In this document: piece by piece, positions 28,575 to 38,146 of the stretch
How the letters are laid out: each line of letters opens with the position of its first letter
Position numbering within the stretch: the first letter of the stretch is position 1
Source: Bacteroidales bacterium
Lineage (GTDB): Bacteria; Bacteroidota; Bacteroidia; Bacteroidales; JAYRGN01
Direction of reading: 5' to 3'
DNA: 64,000 nt
Assembly (NCBI GenBank): GCA_041907825.1
Contig: JAYRGN010000002.1
Span: 381,281-445,280 of the forward strand
Translations under genes and position numbers: made by a program
The notes under the pieces: generated by a model
Seen by the model: the letters and a program-made list of their open reading frames with translations, nothing else
Database searches by the model: none
Told to the model about the DNA's origin: nothing

Positions 28575-29567
28575 ATGGCCATTTTAGCATTTCAAAAACC
28601 TGACAAGGTATTAATGAATGAAGCAACCGATACTTTCGGGCAGTTTGAATTCCGCCCGCTAGAACCCGGTTATGGTATTACTATTGGTAATGCATTAAGG
28701 CGAATTTTATTATCCTCGTTAGAAGGTTATGCCATCACTTCGATAAAAATCGACGGGGTTGATCACGAGTTTTCAACCATTAAAGGCGTAATTGAAGATG
28801 TTACAGAAATTATTCTGAACATCAAGCAGATTCGCTTTAAAAAACTCGTTGACGATGTTGATGCAGAAAAATTCTTGGTGACAATATCTGGTCAGAACCT
28901 ATTTAAGGCTGGTGATCTCGATAAATTTATCAATGGATTTAAGGTTCTTAACCCCGAGTTGGTAATTTGTAACCTTGACCCATCCGTAAAATTACAGATG
29001 GAAGTATCCATAAATAAAGGACGAGGCTATGTGCCGGCTGATGAAAATAAGCCAGCAGATGCTGAAATAGGCCTTATTCCTATAGATTCGATCTATACAC
29101 CAATCAAGAATGTAAAGTATACCGTAGAAAATTATCGTGTTGAACAAAAAACAGACTACGAAAAACTTCTTCTTGAAATAAAGACGGATGGATCGATTCA
29201 TCCAAAGGAAGCTCTAAAAGAAGCTGCGAAGATTCTTATTTATCATTTCATGCTATTCTCTGATGAGAAGATTACTCTCGAAACAGATGAAAAGTTTGCT
29301 AATGAAGAGTTTGACGAGGAAATATTACACATGCGTCAGCTGTTAAAAGCTAAGCTTGTGGATCTTGACCTTTCGGTACGTGCTCTGAATTGTCTTAAGG
29401 CAGCTGAAGTTGAAACTCTTGGAGACTTGGTTAAGTTTAACAAAAACGATTTACTTAAGTTTAGAAACTTTGGTAAAAAGTCGCTTACTGAGCTCGATGA
29501 ATTGCTCGAAAACATGAACTTGTCTTTCGGGATGGATATTTCAAAATATAAATTGGACAAGGATTAA
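28575..29567 (+). CDS. rpoA: DNA-directed RNA polymerase subunit alpha
   Basis: 330 aa, ...[20 protein letters not shown]...; C-terminal domain ...[22 protein letters not shown]... Confidence 0.98.
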   Translation: MAILAFQKPDKVLMNEATDTFGQFEFRPLEPGYGITIGNALRRILLSSLEGYAITSIKIDGVDHEFSTIKGVIEDVTEIILNIKQIRFKKLVDDVDAEKFLVTISGQNLFKAGDLDKFINGFKVLNPELVICNLDPSVKLQMEVSINKGRGYVPADENKPADAEIGLIPIDSIYTPIKNVKYTVENYRVEQKTDYEKLLLEIKTDGSIHPKEALKEAAKILIYHFMLFSDEKITLETDEKFANEEFDEEILHMRQLLKAKLVDLDLSVRALNCLKAAEVETLGDLVKFNKNDLLKFRNFGKKSLTELDELLENMNLSFGMDISKYKLDKD

Positions 29568-29572
29568 TTGTT

Positions 29573-30052
29573 ATGAGACATAATCGCGTAATCAATCATT
29601 TAGGCCGTACAAGCTCGCACCGAAAAGCGCTTTTAGCGAATATGGCTTCATCGCTTATTTTACATAAGCGAATTAAAACTACCGTTGCTAAGGCAAAGGC
29701 ATTGCGCAGCTACGTTGAGCCTCTTATTTCAAAATCTAAAGAAGATACAACTCATTCACGTCGTATCGTATTTAGTTATCTTCAAGATAAGAATGCTGTT
29801 ACCGAATTATTTAGAGAAGTTTCTGCAAAAATAGCTACCCGTCCTGGAGGTTATACCAGAATTCTTAAATTAGGTAATCGTATTGGCGACAATGCAGATG
29901 TTTGTTTAATCGAGTTAGTAGATTATAACGAAAATATGCTTGGTAAAGTTGCTGAAGCTAAGAAGAAAACGACCCGAAGAGGTAGAAAGAAGGCAGAAGT
30001 TGCAGAAGCAACCGTTGTTACTCCGGAAGTTGAAGCGCCTAAAGCAGAATAA
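29573..30052 (+). CDS. rplQ: 50S ribosomal protein L17
   Basis: 159 aa, [25 protein letters not shown]...; last gene of the alpha block. Confidence 0.97.
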   Translation: MRHNRVINHLGRTSSHRKALLANMASSLILHKRIKTTVAKAKALRSYVEPLISKSKEDTTHSRRIVFSYLQDKNAVTELFREVSAKIATRPGGYTRILKLGNRIGDNADVCLIELVDYNENMLGKVAEAKKKTTRRGRKKAEVAEATVVTPEVEAPKAE

Positions 30053-30069
30053 CGATATTTTCTTGATAT

Positions 30070-30110
30070 AAAAAAGGGGGGATTGACTATTAGTCATTCC
30101 CCCCTTTTTT
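30070..30110. terminator. Intrinsic terminator ending the ribosomal supercluster (bidirectional architecture)
   Basis: A6 run, stem GGGGGGA-T-TGAC, loop TATTA, stem GTCA-T-TCCCCCC, then T6 run. The stem has a single T-T mismatch. Confidence 0.85.
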
Positions 30111-30131
30111 ATTGCGAATGATTTTAAATAG

Positions 30132-31460
<1,329 letters not shown>

Positions 31461-31481
31461 TAAATTTAAACTAAAAGTAAT

Positions 31482-31509
31482 AAAAAAGGCAGTAATTTCT
31501 GCCTTTTTT
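31482..31509. terminator. Intrinsic terminator after eno
   Basis: A6, GGCAG, loop TAATTT, CTGCC, T6. The stem and loop nearly duplicate the core of the rplO-secY hairpin. Confidence 0.7.
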
Positions 31510-31567
31510 ATTGCTTTAAAAAATAAAAATGCAGTAAATTTATTTGAAATGAATTAAAACAAGGGCT

Positions 31568-32890
31568 ATGACAGACGTAAAGCAAAAACTAAAGGAAAAA
31601 ATAGATAGTTGGCGTCCACGAATCAACAGATTAATTGAGGAATATGGAGATGTCGTGGTGGATGAAGTGACTATTGAAAAACTTATTGGCGGAATGCGGG
31701 ATCTGAAATGCTTAATAACAGACATCTCTTATCTCGATCCTAATGAAGGTATACGATACCGTGATTATACATTGCCTGAAGTCTTTGCAAAATTACCAAA
31801 ACCTAAAGGTTCTGAAATGCCCTATGTGGAAGGTGTTCTTTATTTGCTACTTACAGGAGATATTCCAACAGAACATGAAGTTCAGGATTTTGTAGACGAA
31901 TTTGCTCAACGTCGTATTTTACCCGATTACGTATATGAGGTAATTGATGCTTTCCCTCCACAAAGCCATCCAATGGCTATATTTTCAGCCGCATTGCTTA
32001 CCATGCATAGAGAGTCCCTATTTGCTAAAAAATATCATCAGGGATTAAATAAAAAAGATTACTGGGATCCTATGTATGAAGATTCTTTGAATCTTTTGGC
32101 CAAACTTCCTGAAATTGCTGCATATATCTATTCGAAACTTTATAAACACGGAAAGTTTATAAAGTCGAATCCTAATTTGGATATGGGGGCAAACTTTGCA
32201 CATATGATGGGTATAGCACCTCCATACGATGATGTTTCAAGACTTCATTTTATTTTACATGCCGATCACGAAAGTGGTAATGTTAGTGCCCATACAGGAC
32301 ATTTAGTAGCTAGTTCATTATCTGATGTTTATTTGTCAATTTCTGCGATGATTAATGGATTGGCGGGACCTTTGCATGGTTTAGCAAATCAGGAAGTGTT
32401 GCGTTGGCTACACGATTTTGTTGCAAAGTTAGATGGTCGCGAACCAACCGAAGAAGAAATTCGCAAACAGGTTTGGGATACCTTGAAATCTGGTCAGGTA
32501 ATTCCGGGTTTTGGACACGCTGTTTTACGCATAACGGATCCTCGTTATATGATGCAACGAGAATTCAGTTTGAAGCATATGCCAGAAGATCCTTTATTTA
32601 AGTATGTTGATATGCTTTTTAAAGTAGTCCCCCCTATTTTACAAGAACAGGGAAAAGCAAAGAATCCATGGCCTAATGTTGATGCACAGTCGGGTATTAT
32701 TCAATGGCATTATGGCGTTCGTGAGTACGATTTTTATACCGTTTTATTTGGAATTGGTCGATCTATTGGTATTTCAGCTAATCTTATATGGGACAGAGCT
32801 TTATATTATCCTTTGGAACGTCCTAAGTCTCTGACAACCGACATGCTAGAGAAAATAGCCATGTGCAAAAAAGCTTCAGATACCCTTTAA
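31568..32890 (+). CDS. gltA: Citrate synthase
   Basis: 440 aa, ...HADHESGNVSAHTGHLVASSLSD..., ...GFGHAVLRITDPR...; these are citrate synthase signature regions. Confidence 0.93.
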   Translation: MTDVKQKLKEKIDSWRPRINRLIEEYGDVVVDEVTIEKLIGGMRDLKCLITDISYLDPNEGIRYRDYTLPEVFAKLPKPKGSEMPYVEGVLYLLLTGDIPTEHEVQDFVDEFAQRRILPDYVYEVIDAFPPQSHPMAIFSAALLTMHRESLFAKKYHQGLNKKDYWDPMYEDSLNLLAKLPEIAAYIYSKLYKHGKFIKSNPNLDMGANFAHMMGIAPPYDDVSRLHFILHADHESGNVSAHTGHLVASSLSDVYLSISAMINGLAGPLHGLANQEVLRWLHDFVAKLDGREPTEEEIRKQVWDTLKSGQVIPGFGHAVLRITDPRYMMQREFSLKHMPEDPLFKYVDMLFKVVPPILQEQGKAKNPWPNVDAQSGIIQWHYGVREYDFYTVLFGIGRSIGISANLIWDRALYYPLERPKSLTTDMLEKIAMCKKASDTL

Positions 32891-32909
32891 CAGGTAAAAA
32901 CAAAAAGTT

Positions 32910-32956
32910 CAAAAGGATTTTTGGTATTTTCGTGAGAAATATCAAAAATCCTTTTG
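32910..32956 (+). terminator. Long AT-rich hairpin between gltA and the UbiD-family gene
   Basis: CAAAAGGATTTTTG (32910-32923) pairs perfectly with CAAAAATCCTTTTG (32943-32956). Pairing continues inward (G-T wobble plus TATTT/AAATA) for about 20 bp in total. It ends 4 nt before the ATG at 32961 and has no trailing U-tract. Confidence 0.45.
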
Positions 32957-32960
32957 CATT

Positions 32961-34832
32961 ATGGGGCTACATAAATATATATCTTCTCTGGAAAATTCAG
33001 GAGAACTGATTCGTATAGCAAATTATACTAATCCTGAGTTAATTATTTCGGAGATTACCGATAGAATCTCAAAAGAAACAGGGGGAGGAAAAGCTCTTTT
33101 ATTTGAAAATACCGGCACTGATTTTCCTGTTTTAACCAATATGATGGGCTCGAATGAGCGGATGTGCAAAGTGCTGGGGGTTAAAAATCTTGATGAGATC
33201 GGTGAACGTATTGGAAGCTTACTTTCTTCTTTTCAGGAAAAGCCAACAGGTATTTATGATAAATTGAAAATGCTCGGAAAGTTGGCTGAGGTTTCGGGAT
33301 GGATGCCTAAGACGGTTTCAGGAAAAGGTTCTTGTCAGGAAGTTGTAATGACTGATCCCGATATCAACTTATTACCCGTTCTAAAATGCTGGCCTGCCGA
33401 TGGAGGACGTTTTGTAACATTTCCATTGGTCGTTACCCGAGAACCTTACACGGGAGTCCGAAATGTGGGAATGTATCGTATGCAAATTTACGATGGTAAG
33501 ACAACCGGAATGCACTGGCATCGACATAAAACAGGAGCAAAACATTATCAGCTTTATAAAGAACTTGGACAGAAAATGCCTGTTTCTGTTGTTTTGGGAG
33601 GGGACCCTGTTTATACTTATGCCGCAACGGCTCCACTTCCTGAGAATATTGATGAATTTATGTTTGCAGGTTTTCTCAGAAGCAAAGGCGTTCGTATGGT
33701 GAAATGCCTTACGAATGATTTAGAAGTCCCCGAAGATGCTGATTTTATCATTGAAGGGTATGTCGATCCAATGGAGAACTTAAGGTGGGAAGGTCCTTTT
33801 GGCGATCATACCGGTTTTTATTCACTTGCCGATTATTATCCTGTTTTCCACATTACATGCATTACACATCGTCGTGATGCTGTTTATCCAGCAACGTTAG
33901 TGGGAGTACCACCGCAGGAAGATGCATGGATTGCAAAAGCAACTGAACGAATTTTCTTATTTCCAATGAAAATAGGAATTGCTCCGGAAATTAAGGACAT
34001 TGATTTGCCTGTAGAAGGAACCGCTCATAATCTGGCTATCGTTTCAATTAATAAGACCTATCCAGGGCAAGCATTTAAGATAATGAGCGCTTTGTGGGGC
34101 GCAGGGCAAATGATGTTTAATAAAGTTTTGGTGATCTGCGATCAATCTATAAAAGTTAATGACTATAAGTCTCTCGCACAATTATTGAGCAATTTTAAAC
34201 CTTTACAGCATGTTTTAACTTCTAGGGGGCCGTTAGATGTTTTAGACCATGCTGCATCCATATTTTCGGTTGGAGGAAAACTTGGTATTGATTTGACTAG
34301 TCCCCTACCTGAAGAAAAAGATGATGATATTTCTGAATTTGATAAACAAATACCTGCAGATTTGCCTTTTATAGAGGGCTTATTAAATGTGAATGAACAT
34401 CTTTTACAGATAAATGTTCCTGTTATAATTGCCTCTGTTAGAAAAATGTCTGCAAATGAACGACAGGTTATTGCTCAAATAATAGCCGATGCTGTACCGG
34501 CAGTTAAAATCTGTGCTTTGCTTGATGAAAACGTTGATATTTCAGACTTACAAACAACTATTTGGTTAATTCTTGCAAATATCGATACAGCAAGAGATGT
34601 TAAAGTGCTTTCAAATAAGCAAGACGGGTTGCTGTACATCGATGCAACTCGCAAACATACCGGTGAAGACGGATTTAAACGTTTGTGGCCCAATGTGGTA
34701 TGTGCTGATGCTGAAACGATCTCTGCTGTTGATAAAATGTGGACAGATTTATCATTAGGTGATTTTGTGAAATCTCCATCAGTTCATTACCAGAAACTTA
34801 ATGATGGAAATGGGGCTGTTGCCGGAAAATAA
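32961..34832 (+). CDS. UbiD-family (prenylated-FMN dependent) decarboxylase, probably quinone biosynthesis
   Basis: 623 aa, ...LKCWPADGGRFVTFPLVVTREPYTGVRNVGMYRMQIY...WHRHKTGAKHY...EGPFGDHTGFY...; typical UbiD core motifs. Confidence 0.88.
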   Translation: MGLHKYISSLENSGELIRIANYTNPELIISEITDRISKETGGGKALLFENTGTDFPVLTNMMGSNERMCKVLGVKNLDEIGERIGSLLSSFQEKPTGIYDKLKMLGKLAEVSGWMPKTVSGKGSCQEVVMTDPDINLLPVLKCWPADGGRFVTFPLVVTREPYTGVRNVGMYRMQIYDGKTTGMHWHRHKTGAKHYQLYKELGQKMPVSVVLGGDPVYTYAATAPLPENIDEFMFAGFLRSKGVRMVKCLTNDLEVPEDADFIIEGYVDPMENLRWEGPFGDHTGFYSLADYYPVFHITCITHRRDAVYPATLVGVPPQEDAWIAKATERIFLFPMKIGIAPEIKDIDLPVEGTAHNLAIVSINKTYPGQAFKIMSALWGAGQMMFNKVLVICDQSIKVNDYKSLAQLLSNFKPLQHVLTSRGPLDVLDHAASIFSVGGKLGIDLTSPLPEEKDDDISEFDKQIPADLPFIEGLLNVNEHLLQINVPVIIASVRKMSANERQVIAQIIADAVPAVKICALLDENVDISDLQTTIWLILANIDTARDVKVLSNKQDGLLYIDATRKHTGEDGFKRLWPNVVCADAETISAVDKMWTDLSLGDFVKSPSVHYQKLNDGNGAVAGK

Positions 34833-34900
34833 AAGGATTATAATATTGTCTAATTGAAGATTGTAGTATATTAGCTACAAATCAGTAATTTGGGTTTTCA

Positions 34901-37900
34901 TTGAAACAGTATATACTCACTATTGTATTCCTTTTAGTTTTGTCATGCAAAATTTTTGCACAAAGTGCAGTTTTGCAAACTGAACTATTTGGTGTTGACA
35001 ATGAAGTCTCTTTAACAAGAACACAGTCTTTGGCTGTAGATAAGAACGGACTCTTATGGGTTGGAACATCCGATGGACTAAATTCTTTTGATGGTAATAA
35101 ATTTACCGTATTCAGGAATCAGCCCTTGAATATAAATTCTTTGTGCGATAATAGAATACAATCCATATGTGTTTCATTTAATAATAATCTTTGGATAGGA
35201 ACGCCTAACGGACTTTCGTATTATAATTCACGTAATGGAACTTTTATAAATTATTATCGAAAAAGAAATAATGAAAATTCTTTATCGGATAATAATATTT
35301 TAATTATTCATGAGGATAAAAAGCAGAATCTTTGGATACAAACAAGTAAAAGTCTTGACTGTTTTGATCCTATTAAGAAGAAATTTACCCATTTTCCCCA
35401 AATAGCTCAGACTATTACTGAAGATAAATATGGAATATTGTGGATTGGAACGAAAGAAGGCGTCTTTCGATTTAATCAGAAGAAACAACAATTTGATCGT
35501 GTCATAATTTCTGAAATAGAAAAAGATACAGAAATTAAAGGGTTGCATTTTGATAAGCGGGAGAAGTTGTGGTTGGCTACCAATAGCGGTTTTTTTATTT
35601 ATACCCGGAAAACAAAAGATTTGAAACGGATTTGGTTCGTTTCGCGACCGGCATCTCGAATCATGTCGTCTGCTTCTTTTGTCGAAGATTTGACAGGCCG
35701 AGTCTGGGTAGGAGCTAATGATGGCCTTTTTTGCTTTAATGCAGAAGGCTGTCTTGCTAATTCTTTCGACGAATTTTCTTTACGCAATACCCGACAACCA
35801 TTTTCAATCTTAAACACAATCTGTTGCGATCATTCTGATATCTTATGGCTGGCTACAAAATTAGGACTTGTAAAGTATGATCTGAAACCTCAAAAGTTTA
35901 ACCTTTTTCAAAAAATAAGAAATATTCCGTTGGTCGATGTTACCTCTGTTTTTGCTGTAAACAATATCGTTTGGATGGGAACCCGTAATAGTGGATTGTT
36001 TCAGTATAACATAAAAACACAGGAATCTTCTGTTATTAAGCCTCAAGTGTTAAAACGAAACGGAATGAATAATACTTCTTTTTTGTCGCTTTTTTTGAGT
36101 CGGGATTATACCATGTTTTTTGGGACGGATAACGGTTTGTATGCTCATCATTTATTCGAAAACGGATATTATAATGTTTGCTCTGCTTTAGGAGAGCCTC
36201 TTCGCAAAGATGGTCATCATCAAATTCATAAAATATTAGAAACAAATGATAGTCTGATGCTTGTAGGAACGGATCAGGGTCTTCATATATTTTCAAATAG
36301 ATTCTCTAGATTCTCTAATCTTTCGAAGATAACAGATGGACGTCGTAAAATTGGATTGAGAGATGTTTTTTCGATATCAATAGAATCGGCAAATACAGTG
36401 TGGCTTGGGACTGCTCAGGGATTGGCTTATGTCGATTTAAGAACAAGTCATGGAAAACTTTATCCGATTTCGTTAAACACAAGATCGAACATAAATACCA
36501 TTGTCTATGATATTTATGACGATAAGAAAGATGTGTTATGGTTGGCAACTTCTAGCGGATTGGCAAAGTTTTATAAAAAACTTCTTAAGGTCGAATATGT
36601 CAATTTTCAAAAAGATGTACCTATAAGTTCTGTTGCTTCTATTTTATATGATGGTAATGAAAACTTATGGTTGGGAACTAATAAAGGCCTTGTAAAATAT
36701 TCATTAATAACAACATCATTTGAACGTTTCGATTTGACTGATGGTCTTCAAGGGTATGAATTTAATCCGGGAGCAGCATTTCGGGAATCATCGTCAAGAA
36801 TGATGTTCTTCTGTGGATTATCGGGTGTTAATTATTTTTATCCTGATTCTGTTCAGTATAACTATCATGTTCCAACTGTTTGTATTTCTTCTTTTGATAT
36901 GATATCGGGGCATGAGAAGAAATCTGTCTACATTTCCGGAAACGGACAAAATATGACGCTACCTAGTAACATTAATTTATTTACAATTGAATTTGCGTCT
37001 CTTGATTTTACTTCTCCTCTTAAAAATCGTTATGCTTATCGATTAATCCGTAATGAGAAAGATACAGACTGGGTTGATCTTAAAAACAGAACGTCAGTAA
37101 CGTTTACCAATCTATCCGCCGGGAAATATCGATTTGAAGTAAAAGGTACAAATAATGACGGTGTATGGTCTACTGCTCCAGCTTATTTGTTTTTTGAGAT
37201 AAAAGCTCCATGGTGGTTAACCGGTAAAGCTTATGTTGCTTATGTGTTGATCGTTTTGTTTTTAATTGTACTGATTGTCCAATTGAGAACCAATAGCTTA
37301 ATGAAATCAAACCGGCTATTAAAGGAAAAAGAAATAGCGGCTCGTAAAATAGAATTACAGAGAGAAGAATTATCAATTCAGAATAAAAATATACGAGATA
37401 GCATCAATTATGCAAAACGATTGCAGGATGCTCTTATTCCGTCGGAGAAAGTGTTGCAAAAATATTTACATAGTTCGTTTGTGTTTTTAAAACCCAAAGA
37501 TATTGTAAGTGGCGATTTTATATGGGTAAGTACGCATGGAAGCCGTGTAATTCTGGCATCAGTTGATTGTACAGGACATGGCGTTCCAGGAGCTTTTATG
37601 TCTGTTATTGGCTTTGAGTTATTTAGAAAAATAACAAGTGCAAATCATACAAAAAGAGCAGATGAGATTTTGAAACTTATTGCAGATGAATTTATTTCTG
37701 TGTTTAGAGATGTTTCTGATTCATCGATTCGCGATGGAATGGATGTTTCTCTTTGTTGTATAGATAAGCGGACGGGTATTATTGAATATTCAGGAGCTTT
37801 TAATCCTCTTTATTTATTAAGAGATAATAAAATTGAAGAATTTAAAGGAGGTAGAGCTTCGATAAGCTTGAAAGCTTTAGGCGAACATAATCCTGTTTTT

Positions 37901-38146
37901 GAATGCCATACTATACAATCTCAGCCTGAAGATGTCTTTTATATATTTTCTGATGGCTATGCCGATCAATTTGGAGGGCCTGAAGGTAAAAAGTTTAAAT
38001 ATCGGAGATTCCGTCATTTGTTACTTTCTATTCATCAATTACCGTTCGACGAGCAAAAAAAGTATTTAGAAGAAAGCCTTAATTTGTGGAAACGAAATCT
38101 TGAGCAAGTTGATGATATACTTGTTATTGGCTTTAAAGTCTTATAA
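34901..38146 (+). CDS. Membrane sensor phosphatase: signal peptide, periplasmic two-component-regulator beta-propeller repeats plus Y_Y_Y-like domain, one TM helix, coiled coil, and a SpoIIE/PP2C phosphatase domain
   Basis: 1081 aa with an apparent TTG start (no nearby ATG). Signal peptide MKQYILTIVFLLVLSCKIFAQ. Repeated LW(V/I/L)GT..GL motifs. ...YAYRL...FTNLSAGKYRFEVKGTNNDGVWS. TM helix AYVAYVLIVLFLIVLIVQL. PP2C motifs DIVSGDFIWV, VDCTGHGVPGAFMS, FSDGYADQFGG and VDDILVIGF. Confidence 0.85.
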   Translation: MKQYILTIVFLLVLSCKIFAQSAVLQTELFGVDNEVSLTRTQSLAVDKNGLLWVGTSDGLNSFDGNKFTVFRNQPLNINSLCDNRIQSICVSFNNNLWIGTPNGLSYYNSRNGTFINYYRKRNNENSLSDNNILIIHEDKKQNLWIQTSKSLDCFDPIKKKFTHFPQIAQTITEDKYGILWIGTKEGVFRFNQKKQQFDRVIISEIEKDTEIKGLHFDKREKLWLATNSGFFIYTRKTKDLKRIWFVSRPASRIMSSASFVEDLTGRVWVGANDGLFCFNAEGCLANSFDEFSLRNTRQPFSILNTICCDHSDILWLATKLGLVKYDLKPQKFNLFQKIRNIPLVDVTSVFAVNNIVWMGTRNSGLFQYNIKTQESSVIKPQVLKRNGMNNTSFLSLFLSRDYTMFFGTDNGLYAHHLFENGYYNVCSALGEPLRKDGHHQIHKILETNDSLMLVGTDQGLHIFSNRFSRFSNLSKITDGRRKIGLRDVFSISIESANTVWLGTAQGLAYVDLRTSHGKLYPISLNTRSNINTIVYDIYDDKKDVLWLATSSGLAKFYKKLLKVEYVNFQKDVPISSVASILYDGNENLWLGTNKGLVKYSLITTSFERFDLTDGLQGYEFNPGAAFRESSSRMMFFCGLSGVNYFYPDSVQYNYHVPTVCISSFDMISGHEKKSVYISGNGQNMTLPSNINLFTIEFASLDFTSPLKNRYAYRLIRNEKDTDWVDLKNRTSVTFTNLSAGKYRFEVKGTNNDGVWSTAPAYLFFEIKAPWWLTGKAYVAYVLIVLFLIVLIVQLRTNSLMKSNRLLKEKEIAARKIELQREELSIQNKNIRDSINYAKRLQDALIPSEKVLQKYLHSSFVFLKPKDIVSGDFIWVSTHGSRVILASVDCTGHGVPGAFMSVIGFELFRKITSANHTKRADEILKLIADEFISVFRDVSDSSIRDGMDVSLCCIDKRTGIIEYSGAFNPLYLLRDNKIEEFKGGRASISLKALGEHNPVFECHTIQSQPEDVFYIFSDGYADQFGGPEGKKFKYRRFRHLLLSIHQLPFDEQKKYLEESLNLWKRNLEQVDDILVIGFKVL

